A stretch of DNA of 30,959 bases from Acaryochloridaceae cyanobacterium VAR_48_metabat_390 (lineage in GTDB: Bacteria; Cyanobacteriota; Cyanobacteriia; Thermosynechococcales; Thermosynechococcaceae). The translations under genes were made by a program, and so were the position numbers. The stretch lies in NCBI GenBank assembly GCA_031422435.1, contig JANPLU010000072.1:1-30959 (forward strand), read 5' to 3'. This document shows, piece by piece, positions 9,160 through 18,271 of the stretch. The notes beneath the pieces were generated by a model. The model did not search any database, had not been told where the DNA came from, and worked only from the letters and a program-made list of their open reading frames with translations. Every line of letters begins with the position of its first letter. The first letter of the stretch is position 1.

Positions 9160-9543
9160 TTAGCCATGCTCTTTAAAAGATTTTTCGCCCATATTGAGCC
9201 TGAGCTTACTGTAGAAAAAGAGAAAGCCTCTCTGCCATTGACATGATTTATAGTAGATTTTGGCTTGAGCTGACAGGCCTGAGATTCCAAAACGCCAGTA
9301 TGACAAGGCTTTTAGGCTTTACAGATGTCCCTTACTAAACACAAATTCAGCAAACCCGAAAATTAAACCCTCTAAGCCTTATAATCATGAATTAAAGTTC
9401 ACGCTTTACGCTGTAATACTTGTAAAGCTTTGACCTATGCGGCATTCAGCATAGAGATTAGATGTGCGGCGTTCACCTCAACTATCCTTTGTCAGGTGGT
9501 CAATATAAATCTTCTTTTCAGGCTTTTTGCAAAGGTATAGTAT

Positions 9544-9807
9544 GTGTCTATCAGTGAAGCGATGGGAATGGTGGAATCAATGTTCAAAACTCCCAAGCCC
9601 GAAACCCAGGCAGACCTTGAAACAGATCCTAACCCAATCGCTTCTCAGCGTAGAGTAGTAGGGACGAGTAAGCACTGTGGTCGCTGCAAAAGCACCAACA
9701 CCCGAAAATCTAAAGTTCGTAATGTATTTGAAGCTTTAGTCAGAATATTTGGCTTTAATTACCACCGATGTCGAGGCTGTGGACATCGTTTTCTTCGCTT
9801 TCTGTAA
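9544..9807 (+). CDS. Small zinc-ribbon-like protein (CxxC...CxxC)
   Basis: HCGRCKS ... HRCRGCGHRF. Fills the gap convergent with purB. The start could be a downstream in-frame ATG. Confidence 0.65.
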   Translation: MSISEAMGMVESMFKTPKPETQADLETDPNPIASQRRVVGTSKHCGRCKSTNTRKSKVRNVFEALVRIFGFNYHRCRGCGHRFLRFL

Positions 9808-9811
9808 AGCA

Positions 9812-11110
9812 TTACTCAATGCCAAGGCGGTCATAAATAACGGTAAGGTTTTGTAAATGGTGCTGAGGGTTGAAGCACTCGGCTAAGTCGCTGGCAGAGA
9901 GATGCGCCTGCACCTTGGGGTCTTGAGCGACCAAGGCTCTAAAGTCACCGCCTTCTGTATTCCAAGCCTGGTGGGCATTGCCCTGCACAATAGCGTAGGC
10001 TTCTTCGCGCAGCATTCCTTTTTCTACCAGCGTTAGCAGCACGCGCTGACTAAAGATTACCCCGCCATAGAGGTTCATGTTGCGCTTCATGTTTTCAGGA
10101 TAGACCAGCAGGTTTTTTACCAAATCTGTAGTTTCGACCAGCATGAAGTGCGTCAAAATACAGGCATCGGGCATCATGACTCGCTCTGCGGAGCTATGGG
10201 AAATATCGCGCTCATGCCAGAGCGCCACGTTTTCAAGGGCGGTGGTGGCGTAACCCCGAATCAGCCGCGCTAGCCCCGTCAGCCGCTCTGAGCGGATCGG
10301 GTTTCGCTTATGGGGCATAGCGGAGGAGCCTTTTTGCCCTTTAGAAAAGTATTCTTCAACTTCTAAAACATCGGTGCGCTGAAGGTTGCGAATTTCAACA
10401 GCGATGCGTTCGATGGTGGCGGCGAGTAATGCCAACACCTGAAGGTAATTGGCGTGGCGATCACGCGAAATCACCTGCGTAGAGGCCGTATCAGGAGTTA
10501 GACCGAGCTTTTGACAGGCGATCGCCTCTACCTGCGGATCTACATTGGCATAGGTGCCCACGGCTCCAGAGATTTTGCCAACCGCAATCTCGGTTTTGAG
10601 ATAGAGGAGACGGTCTTTGCTGCGTAAGACCTCCGCCAGCCAACCCGCCAGCTTAAACCCAAAGGTGATTGGCTCTGCATGGATGCCGTGACTACGACCC
10701 ACCATCACAGTGTAGCGATGCTGAAAGGCTTGGGTGCGAATGGCATCAATGAGCGCATCCACATGCTTGAGGATAATGTCTAGGCTGGCGACCAACTGAA
10801 GGGCGAGGGCGGTATCCAGCACATCTGAGCTGGTCATGCCAACGTGAATATAGCGACCTGCATCGCCGACGTACTCATTGACGTTGGTGAGAAAGGCAAT
10901 CACGTCATGCTTGACGGTGGCCTCAATTTCTAAAATGCGCTGTGGGTCAAAGTCCGCTTTTGCCTTAATTTCGGCAACGGCTTCTGCCGAAATGGTGCCC
11001 AGTTCTGCTTGGGCTTCACAGGCTGCAACTTCTACCTGGAGCCACGTCTTATACTTATAGGCTTCAGTCCACAGGCTGCCCATTTCGGGTAAAGTATATC
11101 GTTCTAGCAA
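9812..11110 (-). CDS. purB: Adenylosuccinate lyase
   Basis: KHDVIAF, TSSDVLDTA, GRSHGIHAEP and the GSSAMPHKRNP signature. Confidence 0.98.
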   Translation of the reverse strand: MLERYTLPEMGSLWTEAYKYKTWLQVEVAACEAQAELGTISAEAVAEIKAKADFDPQRILEIEATVKHDVIAFLTNVNEYVGDAGRYIHVGMTSSDVLDTALALQLVASLDIILKHVDALIDAIRTQAFQHRYTVMVGRSHGIHAEPITFGFKLAGWLAEVLRSKDRLLYLKTEIAVGKISGAVGTYANVDPQVEAIACQKLGLTPDTASTQVISRDRHANYLQVLALLAATIERIAVEIRNLQRTDVLEVEEYFSKGQKGSSAMPHKRNPIRSERLTGLARLIRGYATTALENVALWHERDISHSSAERVMMPDACILTHFMLVETTDLVKNLLVYPENMKRNMNLYGGVIFSQRVLLTLVEKGMLREEAYAIVQGNAHQAWNTEGGDFRALVAQDPKVQAHLSASDLAECFNPQHHLQNLTVIYDRLGIE

Positions 11111-11288
11111 GGTGACTTCGCAGGTTACAACTGAACCATTGTAAGCTGCAACACAGCTTTTTGTATCGATGGCGATCGCCAGACCTTAACCCAACGGTTC
11201 TTTTATCTCCGTAAGGGTAAGCTGAACGGCAGATGAATTCTCCGCGAATTGAGGATCTGCGCAATTGCCCCCTTCCCATTAAAGCGCC

Positions 11289-12383
11289 TTATTTTCGTTC
11301 GGGATGCTCTAGTTCAGGTGCGCCGCCCATCGCATTAATGGCAGAAATCATCTGATACAGCCGCCCTAAATCTCGCTGATTAAAGTGAAACACCAGTCGC
11401 GGGAGCTGTTCGGTTTGATCCATGACCTGCTGGGGCTGCGGCTGCTGATGCTCTGCTTCGCCGAGTAGCATAGTGCTTTTCTCGATGCGACCCGACAGCA
11501 AAATATCGTGAAAAGTTTGGTTGAGGGTTTCAACTTGGTCTGTTGTGAGGTCATGGTTGAGCCGCATGACGAGCTGGTCGCCCACGTACCGACTGGAATG
11601 GTAGACGCGGTAAAACCCTGCGATTGCCTCACAGCCCACCTGTAAATCATCGGTAATGGTATAAAGCTGACGATCTTCTGGATTAATCAGACCTCTGGGA
11701 ATCAGCTCTTTTTGAATATACTCATCCCAGGCGTGCCAGTAGGTGCCCCCAGGTTTATCAATTAGCACAAGGGGCACGGGGGGAGATTTTCCGGTTTGGC
11801 TGAGGGTTAGCGCCTCAAACGCTTCGTCTTGGGTGCCAAATCCGCCAGGGAAAGCGGCGATCGCATCGGCTTCGCGCAGAAAAAACAGCTTGCGGGTAAA
11901 GAAATATTTAAAGTTAATCAGCTTCGGATCCCCTTCAATAAAGGGATTAGAATTTTGCTCAAAGGGGAGCTGAATATTGAGTCCAAAGGACTGTTCGGCT
12001 CCGGCTCCTTTATTGACGGCTTCCATAATGCCACCGCCAGCACCCGTCATCACCATAAAGCCTTGGCCTGTGATGCAGCGTGCAAAGTTAGCCGCCATCT
12101 GGTATTCGTCGCTGTCTGCGGGGAGCCGAGCCGAGCCAAAGACCGCAATTTTACGGACGTGACGGTAGCTGTTAAAGACCTGAAACGCCCGCTCCATATC
12201 TTTGAGGGCCGCTTTCAGAATTTTCCAGTCAAGGCGGGCAATATCCTCTTCGGTCATCCGCAGCAGCGTCAGCAGCGCTTCGTAGATATATTCCCCATTT
12301 TGGAGGTTAGGCAGACGACCTAACAGATGGTCAAAGTCATCTTTTAACGTGTGGATCGCCTGACTTGAAAGCTGAGGAACCAT
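11289..12383 (-). CDS. LOG family (Rossmann-fold, lysine decarboxylase-like) protein, long form
   Basis: VFGSAR, TGAGGGIMEA, FKYFFTRK and PGGFGTQDE motifs. Confidence 0.92.
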   Translation of the reverse strand: MVPQLSSQAIHTLKDDFDHLLGRLPNLQNGEYIYEALLTLLRMTEEDIARLDWKILKAALKDMERAFQVFNSYRHVRKIAVFGSARLPADSDEYQMAANFARCITGQGFMVMTGAGGGIMEAVNKGAGAEQSFGLNIQLPFEQNSNPFIEGDPKLINFKYFFTRKLFFLREADAIAAFPGGFGTQDEAFEALTLSQTGKSPPVPLVLIDKPGGTYWHAWDEYIQKELIPRGLINPEDRQLYTITDDLQVGCEAIAGFYRVYHSSRYVGDQLVMRLNHDLTTDQVETLNQTFHDILLSGRIEKSTMLLGEAEHQQPQPQQVMDQTEQLPRLVFHFNQRDLGRLYQMISAINAMGGAPELEHPERK

Positions 12384-12454
12384 AGTCGCGTGCGCTCAGA
12401 GAGTGGGACTTTATTCTACTCAAATTTAGGGATATTCATCGGGTTTCAAAGGCT

Positions 12455-13939
12455 TTAGTGCTGTACTAACGCTTCTCCTCGTCGGTAAAGTTCACGAGCA
12501 TACTCTGTCCAAGTGCCCTGCCCCCAGTACCGGAAGCAGCTTGTTTGCACGAGTAAGTTGTAAAGCAGCGCCTCTTGATAATCTTGGCGCTGGGTAACGG
12601 ACGGATCGGCCTGCACTAGCAAGTCATATTTTTCATGAAAATGGGCGCTGAGCTGATTCATGGGTTCCAGCACATTCTCGTAGCCCTGCACCCAGCTCAG
12701 GTCATTCGTCCAGGATGCGCCATCCATGTGGAACTGATGGTCGGTGGCTTTGAGTTCGGCGATCGCTCCCTCAACCGCCTCCACAGTCGCATAGTCTGGG
12801 TCAACCCGCTGCCAGATTTTGTGCTGCTGCACGGCCTGACAGGTGGGGTAGTCGTCTGGCTTGACTCCCGCTGCCTCAATCAACTCTAGGTATTCTGTGC
12901 CGTTAAAGCCCACCACGGCGGATTGCTGGTCACGGATTTCGTGCCAAGGTCTAGGGAAATCGCGGGGGAATTCGTTCATCATCACGCCGCCATTTTCGCC
13001 ATCGGCAATTTGGGTTACAAGGGAAGGGACTTCTATACCGCCAATGGTTTGTCGCCCCCAACCCTTGGCCTCATGGTAGGGCTGCATCTGCGCCACTAGC
13101 TTAGTATCGGAGCCTTGGGTTTTTATGAGCGTCGTAATGCTAATGGTTTCGCCCTTAGAATTACGCGCCACCAAACGATTTGGGATATATTTCTGCGCCT
13201 GACTTAGGCTAGAGCCATCCAGGTTTTCTAAAGAATGCTCCTGCACCATCAGCCAGCGATAGCCGCATTCTTTGAGGGCTTTAATGTACTCGTACAGCAC
13301 ATCAGGATGGTTGGGCATGTGCATTTCTGGCGGTGAAAAGCCTTTCACGCGCTGAAGCGCTTCCGTACCAAAAATAGAGGCAAAATACTGTTGCCAAGCC
13401 TGGATCTGAAGCTTGAGGTCAGGGATTGGCGTAGAGGGCACCACGGCATGGCTCCACATGGTGCCGAGCCACTCGACATAGGGCTGATATTGGGAATTAC
13501 AGGTGATGCGCTTGAGGTTGCTAAGAATGTCATCTCGTCCCATCTGGACGAGTCCCCATAGCAAATTGCCGGAGTAATCAAGCATGATGCGCGGGTTACA
13601 GCCCTGGTCAATTAGCTCTGGGATAAAATCTCCCATGCGGCTGTAGCACCAGGCAAAGACGCTAGCGTTGTGGTTGTCGCCATCGCCCTGATGCTCAAAC
13701 ATATTTTGCAGGTTGCAAATCAGCTTTCCCTTGGCTCCGGCGGGGATAGTGGGCTGGTGCATGTGGAGGGCGCAGGCAAACCCAGCGGTAATGTTTTCTA
13801 GGCTCAGGTTTGTTTGAGAGAGAAAGATGGGTTCAGAATGATTGGTGATAGCGGCAAGGTTTGCTTCCGCTCCAGCGATGTGGGGCAATGCGACTTGAAG
13901 GTTTTCCAGTCCGGAAGGGGAAGGTGCTGCTGCAATCAT
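12455..13939 (-). CDS. Glycoside hydrolase family 57 protein
   Basis: LHMHQP, GFSPPE (nucleophile region), ADGENGG and TSCFRYWG motifs. Confidence 0.88.
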   Translation of the reverse strand: MIAAAPSPSGLENLQVALPHIAGAEANLAAITNHSEPIFLSQTNLSLENITAGFACALHMHQPTIPAGAKGKLICNLQNMFEHQGDGDNHNASVFAWCYSRMGDFIPELIDQGCNPRIMLDYSGNLLWGLVQMGRDDILSNLKRITCNSQYQPYVEWLGTMWSHAVVPSTPIPDLKLQIQAWQQYFASIFGTEALQRVKGFSPPEMHMPNHPDVLYEYIKALKECGYRWLMVQEHSLENLDGSSLSQAQKYIPNRLVARNSKGETISITTLIKTQGSDTKLVAQMQPYHEAKGWGRQTIGGIEVPSLVTQIADGENGGVMMNEFPRDFPRPWHEIRDQQSAVVGFNGTEYLELIEAAGVKPDDYPTCQAVQQHKIWQRVDPDYATVEAVEGAIAELKATDHQFHMDGASWTNDLSWVQGYENVLEPMNQLSAHFHEKYDLLVQADPSVTQRQDYQEALLYNLLVQTSCFRYWGQGTWTEYARELYRRGEALVQH

Positions 13940-14185
13940 CGTCAGTTTCCTTGCGGTGTGCGGGTCAAATTTCGCCGCCGATCCACTTATCTATATCACG
14001 ATTGATTGACCTATCTGATGCCGTTTAGGATTAAGCAAGACTTTAAAGAACTATCCGCTCCTAATTAAAATAAACATCTGAGTTACAACCCAAATATTCA
14101 TCTAACTAGGAGCGGTCTAGGGGGTCTCTAGGGTTAAACCTGACTGCCGGGGAACCCCGCATCAGATGCACTAGGACAACTGGGT

Positions 14186-14257
14186 TTAGAGAACAGCCTC
14201 GGCACACAGTCGGCTTTGGTTAACCTGGAGACCCATGGGTTTACTACTGTCTGGCAT
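14186..14257 (-). other. Candidate 23-aa small ORF (MPDSSKPMGLQVNQSRLCAEAVL) within a structured transcript or sRNA
   Basis: Perfect SD GGAGGTGA at 14270-14263, ATG at 14257 (an in-frame ATG also at 14263) and TAA at 14188-14186. Multiple short palindromes nearby. Confidence 0.45.
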
Positions 14258-14394
14258 GGGCATCACCTCCGTAATTTTGAATGTTTGCGCTTGAAAAGCA
14301 GCCCGTTTGCTGCTGACCTAAAGCTAACACATCTGTTTCTAATTCTGGGCAGTTTGCCAGGAATTTTAGCGGAATATTTTAGAGAAGCCTCCAT

Positions 14395-15222
14395 TTAGGC
14401 CATGTGCCCAAATTGCCGAAAGTCTTCATCGCGATCGCTCAGCTTGACCCAGCCCACGCCTAGCTGCTGCAAACGCTCCACTAGTCGAGCACAGGCGGGG
14501 CGCTCGGTGGCGTAGTGGCCTGCATCAATCAAGATGAGATTGCGATCGCGGCTTTCTTGAAACTGATGGAATTTACAGTCTGAGGTGAGGTAGGCTTGCG
14601 CCCCAGTTTTACAAACCGCGCCAATGTAGCTTGCGCCTGAACCGCCCAATACCGCAACTCTCTCAATTAGCTGCTGGCGGTCTGCGGTAGGCGAGACAAT
14701 TAAATCTGGCGGGCTTAGAATCTGCTGAATATGCTCAAGAAGCTGCTGAAGCGTCAGTGTGGGCTGTAAGTTGCCAACGCGACCGTAGCCTAAGCCATTT
14801 TGGGTTGGCGCAATGGGTTCGGTGTTCTGAAGGTTGAGAAGCTGCGCCAGTACGTCAGCGGTGCCGTCTACGACCTGGTCAAAGTTGGTGTGAGCGCTGT
14901 AGATGCCAATATTGTGGGCGATCGCCAGTCGTATCATATCCCCCATGGGGTCGCCCTTCTGAATCGACTTAAGCGGACTAAAGATCAGCGGATGGTGGGC
15001 AAAGATAAGATTAACGGGAGTGCCTTGTTGGGACAGGGAAGGCTCTTGGTGCGTAGCGATCGCCTCTTTCATTACTGCTAGGGTCGGTGTGAGACAGACT
15101 AATACCCGTGCAGGTTTGTCTAAAACCCCCGGCTCAATCTGCCAGCCGCAGTTGTCCCATTTCTCTTGCCAGGAAGGATTAGCCCAATGTTCAAACCATT
15201 GAATGAGTTCTGCAATGTTCAT
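14395..15222 (-). CDS. Nif3-like dinuclear metal centre protein (YbgI family)
   Basis: WDNCGWQI, HHPLIF, HTNFD and DAGHYATE motifs. Confidence 0.95.
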   Translation of the reverse strand: MNIAELIQWFEHWANPSWQEKWDNCGWQIEPGVLDKPARVLVCLTPTLAVMKEAIATHQEPSLSQQGTPVNLIFAHHPLIFSPLKSIQKGDPMGDMIRLAIAHNIGIYSAHTNFDQVVDGTADVLAQLLNLQNTEPIAPTQNGLGYGRVGNLQPTLTLQQLLEHIQQILSPPDLIVSPTADRQQLIERVAVLGGSGASYIGAVCKTGAQAYLTSDCKFHQFQESRDRNLILIDAGHYATERPACARLVERLQQLGVGWVKLSDRDEDFRQFGHMA

Positions 15223-15309
15223 GGCGCTATTTTAGCGTGCAGCTCTATCTGAACAACGAGGCCTTCTGGATTAATCCGAGCCACCTGTACAACCAGAGCA
15301 TTAGAATTC

Positions 15310-16671
15310 CTACTGGATCAGCTCCAGAAGAGCCTTAGCCTGCTTGGCTTCGCCCTGCTTTTGATACAGCTCTGCCGCCATTTTAAGGTCAGACTGAACC
15401 TCACCTTCAGCCCCTTTACGGCTGAGTCGCGCCATAGCGCGACCGTGATAGGCTCTCGCACTACTGGGTTCTAAGGCAATGGCTGCGGTGTAGTCGGAGA
15501 TCGCCGCATCGGTTTTGCCAAGGGCATCATAGGCGATCGCACGGTTCACGTACACCGCCGCATCTTTAGGATTGATCTGAATAGCCTGGGCGTAGTCTAA
15601 AACAGCAGCATCCAAATCTCCCATCGTGACCTGCACCATGCCGCGATTGTTATAGGCGGGTGCAAATTTAGGGTTGATTTTAATCGCCTTAGTAAATTCA
15701 GCCAGCGCTTTCTTTAAGTCGCCCTTTGCCATGTAGTCAATCGCTCGATTATTGAGGGCTGCTGCCGACTGAGGGTTAAGCTGCGTGGCGCGCTCAAAGT
15801 TTTTAGCGGCGTCCTGCTTTTTGCCCAGGGATTCAAGGGCAACGCCACGATGGTTAAAGGCGGCGGCATATTGGGGGTCAAGGGCGATCGCCTTATCGTA
15901 GTCTTTAACCGCCGCTGCATTTTGCTTGAGCGCCATGTTTGCATTACCCCGAAAGGCATAGGCCACAGCGGACTTGGGATTGAGGGTAATAACGCGGTTA
16001 AAGTCGGCGATCGCATTTTTATAGTCGGTAGCCTGCGATCGTAGTAACCCTCGCTGAAGATAGGCCGTTGCTGCCTTTGGGTCTAGACGAATCGCTTCAT
16101 CATAATCTTGGGCTGCGCCAGCAGTGTCTTGCAGAGACGTTTTAGCAAGACCCCGCTGAATGTAAAGTTCTGCCCACTTGGGGTCGGTGGCGAGCGCGGT
16201 GGTAAGGTCGGCAATAGCGGAGGTGTTGTCTTTGCGCACTGCGTGGGCAAGGGCACGATAGTACAACACTTTAACATTGGTTTTAATATCCTTGGGCGTT
16301 AGCGTAAGGGCTTCGGTAAACGTGGCGATCGCGCCTTTATAATCACCTTTTCCATACTGCTTGACCCCTTTTTGAAAGAGTATTTTTGCCTGTCGGTTAA
16401 GTTTAGTATCAGATGCAGACTTTGCTTTAGAAGCAGTTTGCGGCTTAACCGCAGGCGTAAGCGTTGGGCTGGGGAGTGGTTTAGACTTAGGACGGGGCTT
16501 AGAAATAGGCTGGACGACTGTTGGCGCTGCTTCTGCCTTGGGAACACTAGGCTGCTGCCCTGCACTCGCTGCGAGTCCTATCGACACTAGCCCAATGGCA
16601 GCAAGGTTACACCCCAGAAGCGATTGCATTATCGAGTATTTTCTTGCAGACATTATTTTGACCAAGGGCAA
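15310..16671 (-). CDS. Tetratricopeptide repeat protein with N-terminal signal/anchor and Pro/Lys-rich linker
   Basis: About 10 regular 34-aa TPRs (AYxxRG...AIADYxxAIxLxP). Start uncertain. Confidence 0.9.
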   Translation of the reverse strand: MPLVKIMSARKYSIMQSLLGCNLAAIGLVSIGLAASAGQQPSVPKAEAAPTVVQPISKPRPKSKPLPSPTLTPAVKPQTASKAKSASDTKLNRQAKILFQKGVKQYGKGDYKGAIATFTEALTLTPKDIKTNVKVLYYRALAHAVRKDNTSAIADLTTALATDPKWAELYIQRGLAKTSLQDTAGAAQDYDEAIRLDPKAATAYLQRGLLRSQATDYKNAIADFNRVITLNPKSAVAYAFRGNANMALKQNAAAVKDYDKAIALDPQYAAAFNHRGVALESLGKKQDAAKNFERATQLNPQSAAALNNRAIDYMAKGDLKKALAEFTKAIKINPKFAPAYNNRGMVQVTMGDLDAAVLDYAQAIQINPKDAAVYVNRAIAYDALGKTDAAISDYTAAIALEPSSARAYHGRAMARLSRKGAEGEVQSDLKMAAELYQKQGEAKQAKALLELIQ

Positions 16672-16700
16672 TAACTTCTAATAAAATTATATTAGATCTT

Positions 16701-16740
16701 AAAAATCTTTACCTTTTTAAGTGAAACGGTAAAGATTTTT
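16701..16740. promoter_or_regulatory. Inverted repeat with 13-bp arms (terminator or operator) between the TetR and TPR genes
   Basis: AAAAATCTTTACC-N14-GGTAAAGATTTTT. Confidence 0.5.
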
Positions 16741-16837
16741 CTAAACTTAAACCAATTTGAAAGAGACTGCTTTGGGTTCGAGTAAAGCTGTGGCTATGCA
16801 CTCTTAACTCGGCACAAATGAAGAGAAAATCGCTATT

Positions 16838-18061
16838 TTATAAAATATCTAGACGGCTCGGTTTTTGATCTAGGCGGGTGGCCTGGGCGATCGCAGTCCT
16901 CTCTTTTGCCCGCTGGACATAGGGCTGGAGCCGAGTTGAATCTAACCCTGTCAAAATACTCAAATTCTCTACGCTGATGCCCCTAAGCAACATATCAATA
17001 CACCAGGTTTGCTGAGCCTGTTCGATTTTGGGGAGCTGACCGGACGGCGTTAAATGCCCCTGAGTCCATACCTGCCAGCACTCCTGGAGATACAGCACCG
17101 TAAGAGGCTTACCCTCAGGCTCTAAAAATAGAGATGCCTGCTGATCTTTACGATTCTTGAGCCAGCGCGTGAGTGGGTTAGCAGTGTAGGACCCATAGCG
17201 CTTTCCTAAAATCCACTGATTGACGGGCACTTGTCGCGTCTCAACCTGTAAAACGTGCTGATGAACATCGCTGATGACGTGCGGTCTTTCTAGGCGCACA
17301 ATATCTGCCGCTGTTAGCCCTGCACCAAATAAGACATAGGCCAAAGCATAGTCTTGCTGGCTCACCTTTTTGGCCTGCTGAAGAATGTCATGAACCAAGT
17401 TTGCAGGTAGATCTGCAATGTCCGTCGCCACTGCTGACGCTGCCTGATGGGCTGAAGATATTGGCTCTGCGATCGCCAAAACTGCGCCATTCACAAAAAG
17501 CTGCACCAGCGTATCTAAAAAATCAGTTCGGCCTTTCCAAAGCTCATGGAATTCGCTGGTTAGCTCAATGACGGCATAGCCCAAAATCATGCTGTTGAGC
17601 ACACTTGCAAGCTGCTCTGGCGGTAGAGACGTTGTGAGCTGCCCTTGTTTGATTACCGCTGCAAGATACTCTGCCACATAGCGATTAGCTGCCGTTAAGC
17701 CCTGCCCTAACGCACGTCGATTTTCTGCCGGAAATTGATGAGACTCTCCCACCACCGAACGCACTAAATCTGGCACCCGCTCTAAGGCCGTAAGGCAGTC
17801 GCTGGCGTAAGTCCGCAGGGCTTGGCTCATACTGTCAGTGTGACTTGCATGACTCAGCAGAGACTCCCCTAAATTGCGGAAGGCTGAAGAATCTTCAAGT
17901 ACCGCCAAGAGCAGCCCGTGCTTGTTGCCGAAATGACGGAACAGCGTCACCTCATTAACTTCTGCACGTTCTGCAATACTGCGCGTGGTGGTGTTGCCTA
18001 CGCCTTGAGCCGTAAAGAGCGCTAGGGCAGACTGAATCAGGCGATCGCGGGTTGAGTTCAT
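16838..18061 (-). CDS. TetR-family regulator with a C-terminal tyrosine-recombinase-like domain
   Basis: TetR HTH (TRDRLIQSALALF...TTTRSIAERAEVNEVTLFRHFGNK) starts at ATG 18061. The C-terminal ~190 aa resemble degenerate integrase boxes I and II. Confidence 0.85.
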   Translation of the reverse strand: MNSTRDRLIQSALALFTAQGVGNTTTRSIAERAEVNEVTLFRHFGNKHGLLLAVLEDSSAFRNLGESLLSHASHTDSMSQALRTYASDCLTALERVPDLVRSVVGESHQFPAENRRALGQGLTAANRYVAEYLAAVIKQGQLTTSLPPEQLASVLNSMILGYAVIELTSEFHELWKGRTDFLDTLVQLFVNGAVLAIAEPISSAHQAASAVATDIADLPANLVHDILQQAKKVSQQDYALAYVLFGAGLTAADIVRLERPHVISDVHQHVLQVETRQVPVNQWILGKRYGSYTANPLTRWLKNRKDQQASLFLEPEGKPLTVLYLQECWQVWTQGHLTPSGQLPKIEQAQQTWCIDMLLRGISVENLSILTGLDSTRLQPYVQRAKERTAIAQATRLDQKPSRLDIL

Positions 18062-18077
18062 AGGATACACAATAATT

Positions 18078-18142
18078 TGTAAGTGCCACTTGCAGTTTTT
18101 AACAAGAGTTGTTAGGATAAACACATGCAAGCAACACTTGCT
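18078..18142. promoter_or_regulatory. Two palindromic putative TetR operators flanking an extended -10
   Basis: TGTAAGTGCCACTTGCA (18078-18094) and TGCAAGCAACACTTGCT (18126-18142). TGtTAGGAT lies at 18110-18118 on the + strand. Confidence 0.65.
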
Positions 18143-18271
18143 TTCTCCACTGTACGGTCTAGCCGATCAAAAATCAAACATCGTCCGTTCAGTAGAAGCG
18201 TCCGTTGGCTTTAGTGATTTAAGGTGCAGCCTACTGCCGCCGCTGTTACTCCGCCTACCAAAAGGATTTTT

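Noticed and set aside
14040..14330. Possible tmRNA, RNase P, SRP or 6S RNA
   Set aside because: I saw no tRNA-like ends or tag peptide, and no RNase P or SRP consensus. 6S could not be supported by eye.
14216..14398. 60-aa + strand ORF in the GH57/Nif3 gap
   Set aside because: TTG start with no SD and no motif. The opposite strand carries the stronger signals.
15310..16400. ~102-bp periodicity as a possible repeat array or CRISPR
   Set aside because: It is explained by degenerate TPR coding repeats. I saw no identical repeats with spacers anywhere in the window.
16838..17420. Active integrase or mobile element
   Set aside because: The catalytic Arg and His-x-x-Arg are absent, there are no att-like flanks, and HIP1 sites are present as in core DNA.
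18062..18130. N-terminal extension of the TetR ORF given in the track
   Set aside because: It spans the operator/promoter region. The TetR HTH begins at ATG 18061.
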